Below are positions 54,672 to 64,000 of a DNA stretch of 64,000 nt, piece after piece (within the stretch, counting starts at the first letter, position 1; every line of letters starts with the position of its first letter). A program made the translations under genes and the position numbers. The stretch comes from Octopus vulgaris (taxonomy: Eukaryota), in the NCBI GenBank assembly GCA_951406725.2, contig OX597825.1, positions 15,500,001 through 15,564,000 of the forward strand. The letters run 5' to 3'. The notes beneath the pieces were generated by a model. The model saw only the letters and a program-made list of their open reading frames with translations. It had not been told where the DNA came from and searched no databases.

Positions 54672-55948
54672 TATTTGAGCATACTTCAGCAAGCTAACAG
54701 TGACAAGGCAATATTTCGAGTGGCACGTTTGCTTCAAAACCGCCCAAAACAACATGGTATCGCTATGCACCCGCCCTATTTGCCAACTTTATTTCTAGCG
54801 GACTTTCCTCTTTTACCCCAGACGAAAATACAGTTCAAATGTCGCCTTTTTCACTCCGTTATCAAGATAGACCAAAAGTGAATCGCAGAAGGTCCTCGAC
54901 ACGCTTTCGGCAAACGACTTGCAAGTCGGCTTCCAAAAATGGCAGGAACACTGGGACCGACAAATTCCTGCACAAGGTGTCTATATCAAAGAAGATGTTA
55001 ATACTTAGGTAAAGAACTAATTTTTGTTAAACACAGCTAATCCGTGGACATTTAGATCAACTACCCTCTCATGTTTCAGTGGCTTTAAAATACCAACGTT
55101 TTCATTCAGATCAAATTTAGAAGATTGCTGCTGGAACCTCTAACGCTGTGTGGTAGCGTGTGGAATATATAATTTAGGTTTATTTTAATTTATAAATCAG
55201 TTCCTTTACTTATTTCCATAAACATGTATTGCTAAGCTGTGTTGTTGTTGTTGTTGCTGATGCTGCAGTTGTTATTGTAGTTGTTGTTGTTGTTGTGATT
55301 ATTGTTCTATAACTAATGTCAGTTCTGCTTCAGAAGATTAATGGTACAACAGCTGATTTAATAAAATATTTAATCAATATTTCTAGCCATAGCGATTTTA
55401 TCTTTATTGTGCAACACTGTGTCGTTAAATTTATAAAATACACGAGATTCGCATTTGATGATGGTTTGAAAAATTTGGGCTGAAGATTGGCCTGCTTTGA
55501 TGAAAAGATTATGTAACTCTATGAAATATTCCCTTTAGGCTTGCTGAAAATATTTTAATTTCATAAAATCACTGATGTTAAATGAACAAAAAATTGTTTC
55601 GAAATATGAAAATAAGGAAGTGCATCAAGGGGTAATCAATGTCCAAAATTACATGTAACGATGTCTTAAATGACTCAATCAAGCAATAAAATTCACACCT
55701 CTGTGTGAATCACGCGCCAACAACGCAAGTCTTAGCTTGAAATCCTTTGATGTAGAAAAAACACAAACGTAGTCGAAGATAGCCAGTTAGCGAACGAGCT
55801 ACAGAGCGGTGGAATGTGGATTACTGCCGAGGTGAGGCTGTTGAAAAAAAATCCCAGTTTCTCCATGACTTGTACTAAGAAGAGTTTCTTATAGACTTGC
55901 GAACAGCTTGCTTGTACATGTGCTGTCTATCGGAAGCTACATATACCG

Positions 55949-56184
55949 ATTTCTTTACTACCCACAAGAGGCTAAACACAGAGTGGACAAACAATGACAG
56001 ACAAACGGATTACGTCGATTATATTGACCCCAGTGCGTAACTGGTACTTAATTTATCGACCTCGAAAGGATGAAAGGCAAACTCGACCTCGGCGGAATTT
56101 GAACTCAGAACGTAACGGCAGACGAAATACGGCTACGCATGTCGCCCAGCATGCTAACGATTCTACCAGCTCGCCGCCTTAAAA
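55949..56184 (-). mobile_element. SINE family 2 with 15-bp TSD
   Basis: TSD aagctacatataccg at 55934-55948 and 56185-56199. Confidence 0.92.
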
Positions 56185-56571
56185 AAGCTACATATACCGG
56201 CGGTCGGGAGTTATCAGGAGAGCATACACACCATTTCGGAACCTTTCTCTCGACAGCTGTACAGTGCACTGCCCACACTATTACCACCACTGATGCACGG
56301 CCCCGCCTATCGGATCGGCTGGCTAGTATTCGATCTCAAACTCATTTGTTCTTAGTCAGGACATTTCAGTTCACTAGATTTGAGATACATCGGTGGGGTG
56401 GGGCTTGCTATCCTTTAAACTGGAAGGTATTGTGCGAATGGCATAGGTAAGCCTTCAGAGATTGGTAAATTGATGGAGGCGATGTGATTCTCATGAGTAA
56501 CGGTAATTCGGTGACTGTAGGAAAAAAGACGTCGATGAGGGGGGAAGAATTAATTTTTTTTTTTTACATTC

Positions 56572-56851
56572 TCTAGCCATAAGGGCCGGTTTCCCGGTTT
56601 CTTGGTGTATAGGTTCCCCACCTGGACTGGACGCCGGTCAGTTGCAGGTAAGCTGCAAGATGCAGGAGGAAAGAGCGAGAGAAATTTGTGGCGAAAGCGT
56701 CAGCAGAAGTTTGCCATTACCTTCTGCCGAAGCCGCGTGGAGCTTAGGTGTTTTCGCTCATAAACATACACATCGCCCGGTCTGAGATTCGAACCCGCGA
56801 TCCCTCGACCGCGAGTCCGCTGCTCTAACCACTAAGCCATGTGCTCCCACT
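56572..56851 (-). mobile_element. SINE family 3
   Basis: Highly similar to 38349-38646. Confidence 0.9.
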
Positions 56852-57904
56852 AGAATTTTAAACGACCGGGAAGAAACGATTGGTCTAAGTGGTCAGTGTT
56901 CGACGTGACGGCTCGCTACGATATGACTGGTGAGGGGTAAAGAGATGAGTTAAACAAGGGAGTAAAATCAAGGTCGTCAAAATTTTAAATCAGAAGAAAA
57001 TACGGCCTAACTTATGTCGAACGTCTTACACTATACTAAAGGAAACAATAGGGGAGGTTCACATATGGCACGCCTAGGGTCATATGTCTGCTGAAACACC
57101 TTTGCAACATCAATAATAAGTATTCCAGCATTACTATGACCTGAAAGCATTTCCTTCATTCACTTCATTCCCGATTCCACAACAAGACCATCACCACCGA
57201 TATCGTTTCTTAGAAGCTATGCCAAAGTCAACCTATTGCTGCGAGAACTGGCTGAGCAATGCTGGCAAAACAACCAGAAAAGTACACCAATAATAAATAA
57301 CAAAAAGAGCAAAGAACAATACCAAAATAGCGCAAGACAAACGTTTGCCAAAACCAAATATGTCTGGGGACACAAGTAGCAATAGAATGTTTGATTAAAG
57401 TCTTTGGACTTCGTCGTCATCATCATCATCATGAACCGCATTACAGATTATGCTGTTGTTGTTGTTGTTGTTGTCGTTGTTATTGCTGTCACCATTTTCG
57501 TTTGTTATCGCCTTCATCGTCCGCGTCGTCTCTTGGAAATAAACTCGTATTAATGTTAGTGACTTTGGCAGTGTTTGACTAATGGATTTCATGATTGCCT
57601 ACAGACATTCGTATTTATATTATTTATATTATTTCTATTTTTTTATTTTTTGCGCGCGAGACCGAACATTTTTTTCCTATTTTTGTTTTGATTTCTTCAG
57701 ATTTTCGTTTCTTTGTTGCTGTTTTTTTATAATTTTTCTTTTCTGTTATACATTTTTTCACCTTTATATTTTTGTTGCCAAATTTCTATAAATGGATATA
57801 ATCAACAAAATATTGTATATAGGAACACATATGCTTTACTCTCATACTGTTCTTCTTGTTATTGTGGTCGACTAAAGACGACATTCCTTATACATATGCA
57901 CAAA

Positions 57905-58345
57905 CATGGACATGTGGTTAAAAAATCTCGCATTGTATCCACCTGGTTGCTAGTTCGGACCCACTGCACCGCACCCAGGGCAACGGGCCAATGCCTTCTG
58001 AGTGCATCCATAAACAAAATTTGTGTGGAAGACTCTCGTTTATAAGTGTATGTGTGTGTGTGCATGTGTGTGGGTGTGTGAATAATCCAGATGAGAAGGT
58101 AACGAAATACCTTATGGGTGGGAGACTGTGTGATTGCCACTGGCACCCAAGGCTCGATAACCTTTTTTTGTTTACGGCTCGATAACCTTTTTTTGTTAAT
58201 AGTGGCACAGCAAAAGTGGCCAGGACCGAAACAAAAACAAAACAATATGTACTGGAATCAATTTGCTTCACTAAACCCTTCAAAGCAATGCCCCAGCATG
58301 ACCGCAGTCCAGTGACTGAAGCAAGCAAAAGAATAAGATAAAAGA
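57905..58345 (+). mobile_element. Old diverged SINE family 1-related copy
   Basis: tgtggttaa..gttcggacccactgca..gccttctgagtg..ggaagactctcgt..(TG)..cagcatgaccgcagtcca.tgactgaagcaag.aaaagaataagataaaag. Confidence 0.65.
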
Positions 58346-58666
58346 TACATGATTAATAATTTGATTTAAAGGTAATGAAAAATAGTTGCTATTAGGTACA
58401 AGACCCAGTTAGAGTATTGTGTTATCTTTATCGAGAGTAGAGAAGTTAATTGTGATTTGCATGGTTTTCGGCTGTTGGCATTTTTTTCCATTTAGCTCTA
58501 GGTTAGACGTGAACAAGCAAACAGAGATGAAATCATTTCAATTACGACTACATATCGGTTATTTTTTTTAATAGTGCATCTATGTCTATGTTATTCTTAG
58601 TACAAAAAGCATTTCAATATCTTGCATAAAGACCCCTCCGCCCTCTCAAATATAACCCCCACCCAC

Positions 58667-58898
58667 CTATTTCTTTACTACTCACAAGGGGCTAAACATA
58701 GAGGGGACAAGCAAGGACAGACAAAGGGATTAAGTCGATTACATCGACCCCAGTGCGTAACTTGTACTTAATTTATCGACCCTGAAAGGATGAAAGGCAA
58801 AGTCAACCTCGGCGGAATTTGAACTCACAACGTAACGCAGACGAAATGCCGCGAAGCATTTCGCCCGGCGTGCTAAGATTTCGGCCAGTTCGCCGCCT
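58667..58898 (-). mobile_element. SINE family 2
   Basis: ctatttctttactac..gttcgccgcct. Confidence 0.9.
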
Positions 58899-58989
58899 AC
58901 CAATTAGTCACGCGAGATTTTTTCCCTTTCCTGTTCCTTTTCCTCTGATCATTTCTGACAAGTTATTTGGCAACACCACCCTATTCGGT

Positions 58990-59172
58990 GGCATAAAAAA
59001 AGGCACCAAGTATACACTGTAAATTTGTTCGTGTTAGGTAAGGTGCCCAACCACGGAGACCATACCAAAACAGGCGCTGGTACGCGGTGCAGCTCTCTGA
59101 ATCATCAAATCCGCTCAAACCGTCCAACCCATAACGACAGGAAAATTGGACATTAATGATGATGGTGATGAT
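58990..59172 (+). mobile_element. Diverged retroposon 3' tail ending in (GAT)n
   Basis: gttaggtaaggtgcccaacc..accataccaaa..tcaaaccgtccaacccat..ggaaaa.tggacattaatgatgatg, in the style of an RTE-type tail. Confidence 0.45.
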
Positions 59173-59464
59173 AACAGACAAAGAAATTCAACCGGTTAAT
59201 GTTCCTGATAATCTTGTTCTTGTTAAACCCAAAATCCCTCTTATTAATGCTGCCCTTTGATTAAATGCGTAATTTGATTTTTTTCGACAAGTTAGGGTTT
59301 GATTTAAGCAAAATTTGATTGACTGACCGTATAGAGGTTTTACTGTTCAGCTCAAATGATTGGTGATGGTGGCAGCAGCGGCGGTGATGGCATGGTGGTG
59401 GTGACTGTGGTAGCAGGCGTTTCGTAAATTGATTTATTATATACCTGATCATGTACCAATGATT

Positions 59465-59650
59465 CCAAATTTTAGCACAATGCCAGCAATTTCGGAAGAG
59501 GAGTAAGTCAATTACATCGATCCAGTACTCAAATAGTACTTATTTTTATCGATCTCAAAAGTAGGCTGACCTCGGAGGAATTTGAACTCAGAAAGAAAAG
59601 ACAGATGAAATACCTATTTCTTTACTACCCACAAGCGGCTAAACACAGGG
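59465..59650 (-). mobile_element. SINE family 2 truncated multimer fragment
   Basis: Contains the tail-to-body junction gaaatacctatttctttactacccaca. Confidence 0.75.
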
Positions 59651-59652
59651 TT

Positions 59653-59746
<94 letters not shown>

Positions 59747-59747
59747 G

Positions 59748-60166
59748 AAGGCGGCGAGCTGGCCGAAGCGTTAGCACGCCGGGCGAAATGCGTAGCCGTA
59801 TTTTGTCTGCCGTTACGTTCTGAGTTCCAATTCCGCCGAGGTCGACTTTGCCTTTCATCCTTTCGGGGTCGATTAAATAAGTACCATTACGCACTGGAGT
59901 TGATGAAATCGACTTAATTCGTGTGTGCCTGTCCTTGTTTGTCCCCTCTGTGTTTAGACCCTTGTGGGCAATAAAGAAATAAGTATTTTGTCTGCCGTTA
60001 CGTCTTGAGTTCAAATTCCGTCGAGATCGACTTTGCTTTTCATCCTTTCGGGGTCAATAAATAATGTACCAGTTACGAACTGGAATCAATGTAATCGCCT
60101 TAATCCCTTTGTCTGTCCTTGTTTGTCCCCTCTATGTTTAGCCACTTGTGGGCAATAAAGAAATAA
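59748..60166 (+). mobile_element. SINE family 2 dimer inserted in (GATA)n
   Basis: One head and two bodies; (GATA)n at 59653-59746 and 60167-60194. Confidence 0.9.
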
Positions 60167-60195
60167 GATAGATAGATAGATAGATAGATAGATAA

Positions 60196-60226
<31 letters not shown>

Positions 60227-60804
60227 TGATAGCTATCATTGTACTATGCAAGTTTAATGTATATATACAGCTGATAGACCAGTTAAGGTGGGATATATCC
60301 TGCGATAACATCTTTCTTATCAAAGGTAGATGATATATATCACCAACAGCGATTAGTGGGGTCTTGAAATGCATTTCAGGCCTTATGGCCCACCACGAAG
60401 ATAAGTCGAAGCAACCAACGGCATACTTGAACAAGGATTCTTCGCTTCTAATTACGAAACAGTGAATAGAATCCGCTGATGTTACGAATACATTTCTTCT
60501 TGAAGAGAGGCACCAGTTATACGAAATACAGGCAATATGAAATTAAGATACTATCTCCCTCCGATATTTATCGTTTTTAGCGAAACAACCCCATAAGAGA
60601 TTTTATCTCAAGACATATAGAATCGGTAATTCTCTGTAGAACACATATGTTCTACATATATGATCATAGAATATTCTAGGCGGCAAAAACGACTAACTAT
60701 TGAAACTACACACACAGCATTGCATTTTTTTCATAATGAAATATATTTATTATAAATTGCATATGATGGTGAAAAGCTACATACACAAACACACAAACAC
60801 ACAC

Positions 60805-60852
<48 letters not shown>

Positions 60853-61059
60853 CATATGCAATATATGCTTTATATATGTGAACATAGCTTGATATAGATT
60901 AATGTATAGAGTCGTAGATGTAGTTAACTACATCGCCAAACACATTTTTAAAATTAATTTTTCGCAATGAAAAATCAGAAGGAAATTAAAAAAAAAATAT
61001 ATCCATTCTCATATATTATAGTTTGTAACTGCTTTATAAACTATTATTTCTACTGCATA

Positions 61060-61086
61060 TCATAGATAGATAGATAAATATATACT

Positions 61087-61155
<69 letters not shown>

Positions 61156-61361
61156 ATACATATGAATAGATATATATTTAAACATATATATATGTGTGTA
61201 TGTAGATATATATATATATATATATACATATATATACATAAAAATATTTGTATATATATGTGTGTGTGTGTGTATGTAGATATATATATATTTACATATA
61301 TATATATATATTTATATATATACATATATGTATATATATACTTATATATGTATACATATAC

Positions 61362-61420
<59 letters not shown>

Positions 61421-61930
61421 AATGCATCTATATGTACATATATATATACATACATATATAGAAACGTACGCGTACACCCGCTTATATCTATGCCCCCCCA
61501 CACACACACCCTATATATGTGTGTGTATATGTGTGCGTATGTATAATGTCGTGTATGTTTGTGAATACAGTGAAATATTTAAGCCATGCACTTGTTAATA
61601 CATATTTGTATATATCACTTCACATACGCACACACGCAAACAGATGTATATTATTACATATATAGGCGTGTGTATAATTTAAAAAATGTATAAGTGAGTC
61701 TATTTTTCCATCTATCTACCTATCTAAATATTTATCTATCTATCTATCTATATATCTATATATATATATATATATACATACATTTTATGTATATTTATAT
61801 ATATATACATACATTTTATGTATATTTATATATATATACATACATTTTATGTATATTTATATATATATATATATACATACGTATAAACATACATACATAT
61901 ACGTGCATATATACAACACACATATACATA
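61060..61930. repeat. TA/TG-rich low-complexity region, including 3 copies of tacatacattttatgtatattta
   Basis: Direct inspection. Confidence 0.9.
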
Positions 61931-62275
61931 TTTTAACGCATATTCATATTCTTCATTTTTCTACTGATTTTTTTTTTTTGCCTATGTAGATTGAATATAC
62001 AAAATCATTTTCTTATTTGTTATATAAAAAGAGAGAAAATGATGAAAAAAAAACCTGCTGCTTTTATAGATTTTTATTTAATTCCTTTCATTGCAAAAAC
62101 CAAGACTGTTGTTTTGCTATAATTTTTTTTTTTAGTTTTTCTTTTCTTTTATTTTTTTGCTATAAAGTAATATTTCAGATTTTGTTTGGAAAATTTTTAG
62201 GCATGAAATATCTGGAAACACTTCAAATGGAATATAAAATATTAATATACATACATATATACACACATATGAATA

Positions 62276-62340
<65 letters not shown>

Positions 62341-62352
62341 ATGTATATATAT

Positions 62353-62389
<37 letters not shown>

Positions 62390-63094
62390 GCGTGTGTATA
62401 CATGTGTGTGTGTATGAATTTATATACAAATATTATGATGGTGATAATTAAAAATGGAAAAGTACGAATATGTGGAAAGTAAGGTATCATACACTTTCTC
62501 TAAATTAATATGCTGTTGAAAATTTTCTTTTTTATTCAATGGGACAATTTCTGAATTTATTTTGATATATATATATGCCAATCTTTTGGCTTCACAGAAT
62601 TGACGTAAAAGCGAACGTGTACAGCAATATTGTAAATATCCAGCGCCTTAATTTTGCCACTATTCTCCCTCAAATATTTGATGTACTCTGAAATTTAATG
62701 ATATTAGAAAGCATCAATAGGGTTTGTAAACTTGTTTCGTCTTGTGGACAGCTTCAACATTTGTAAACGAGATAAATACTGATGAAGACACCGAGAGAGA
62801 GAGTGGGGACAAACATACAGAGAGATACACAGGCAGACATCCTGACAGATTGACAGAGAGGCAGATAGAGAGATAGACACACATGCAGACGAATAGGCAG
62901 ATAGAAAAAGTGACGGACTGAGAGAGAGATGTTGAAAAGATAAACGGTAGAGATGGGAAAAGGGAAATGGTGTTCAGGCAAAATTTAACGGTTTTTCGTG
63001 TCTCATTTATTGGGCTTTTGTTTTTGGATCAGCTTGATGCATCGAAATTCAACGGCGTTGGAGAGCATGAAGATTAAAGTTGATAGAAGAAAAA

Positions 63095-63660
63095 TTAGCT
63101 CACAAGAGAAAGTCATCTGAAAACTGCTCTGAAAACACTCTAAAGGTTATGAAATGTCTCAAAGACAGTTGTAATGGGGACTACGTAGCCGTGGCCAACA
63201 AGAAGGGACACAGATGGCGTTCTGACTGCGTCGGCATACCAGTATTCATCCACTCATCCTTGAATAGGGTCTTAGGTTCAATTCAGACGGCTACGTGAAG
63301 CTGCTGGAGACTGTAACTAATCCCTGGCTGAAGAATGTTGCTGCTGGAAGGCCATATCTGTGACAGAAGGACTAGGTTTCTTAACATATCCACCGGAAAG
63401 AACTACAAGTGTTTGTTGGAGAATATCTATGACTTCACCCACCCAAATTTCTGACCTTCTATAGCTCCCGGTTGTATAACTGTGGGGCGCGGTTGAGAAA
63501 CACACCAACCGCTTTGCCTGCAATGCCAAGGTCAAATTGATGGCCAAGATCACGGAAGTGTTCGATCTTCTCTGGGACACAGTGAAGAACGCATGCAACA
63601 GGTTCCGGATCCCTGCTAAGCTCGTGGTAGAATCTGAGGGCATCTACTTTGAGAAAATTA
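63095..63660 (+). pseudogene. Decayed Tc1/mariner-superfamily (maT/DD37D-like) transposase remnant
   Basis: Fragments PWLKNVAAGRPYL*QKD, ENIYDFTHPNF*PS, WGAVEKHTN..ACNAKVKLMAKITEVF..DTVKNACNRFR..LVVESEGIYFE. Confidence 0.7.
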
Positions 63661-63702
63661 TCTCCCTGCCATAATCTTTTTTATTTTTTATTTTTCTCTT
63701 TT

Positions 63703-64000
63703 AATTGGTTTCAGTCATTTGACTGCGGCCACGTTGATGCACCGCCTTTAGTCGAATAAAATGACACCAGAATTTATTCTTTGTAAGCCTATTACTTATT
63801 CTATCATTCCCTTTTGCCGAACCGCTAATGTACAGGGACATATACACACCAGCATCCGTTGTCAAGCTGTGGTGGGGACAAACACAGACAAACAAACATA
63901 TATACATATATACATGTATATATACAAGAGAGGCTTCTTTCGGGTTCTGTCAACCAAATTCACTCACAAGGCTTTGGTCGGCCCGAGGCTGTAGTAGAAG
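63703..64000 (-). mobile_element. SINE family 1, cut by the window end
   Basis: tttcagtcatttgactgcggcc..tgtaagcct..ttttgccgaaccgctaa..cactcacaaggctttggtcggcccgaggct. Confidence 0.88.

Larger units (their letters stand above)
53147..55068 (+). mobile_element. Older, internally deleted mariner that hosts a nested insertion
   Basis: Left end TAcgcggtgctattaaaacgttctcggactag; N-terminus MDMKLEQRAKLKFCV; after the nested element HPPYLPTLFLADFPLLPQTK..ESQKVLDTL..FQKWQEHWDR..QGVYIKED; degenerate right TIR ctaatccgtggacattt..accctc. Confidence 0.75.

Overview
AT-rich eukaryotic (animal) non-coding DNA. The SINE families, microsatellite load and transposon content strongly suggest an octopus/cephalopod genome; this is an inference from recognised repeat style, not a database result. 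I found no intact host protein-coding gene. Almost all listed ORFs are translations of microsatellites or SINEs. Supported content: three tRNA-derived SINE families (many copies, several with target-site duplications, one forming head-less tandem multimers); four decayed mariner elements (one nested in another) and a maT-like remnant; a 5'-truncated R4/Dong-type RLE non-LTR retrotransposon; two non-autonomous Helitrons sharing a 3' end; and a TIR element with an 8-bp TSD carrying internal (CCCTAA)n. The most notable signal is several unrelated short elements embedded in (TA)n tracts that carry minimal type-I hammerhead ribozyme motifs (CUGAnGA...GAAAC...GUH). They often occur as fold-back pairs with one ribozyme on each strand, resembling Penelope-like element pseudo-LTRs.
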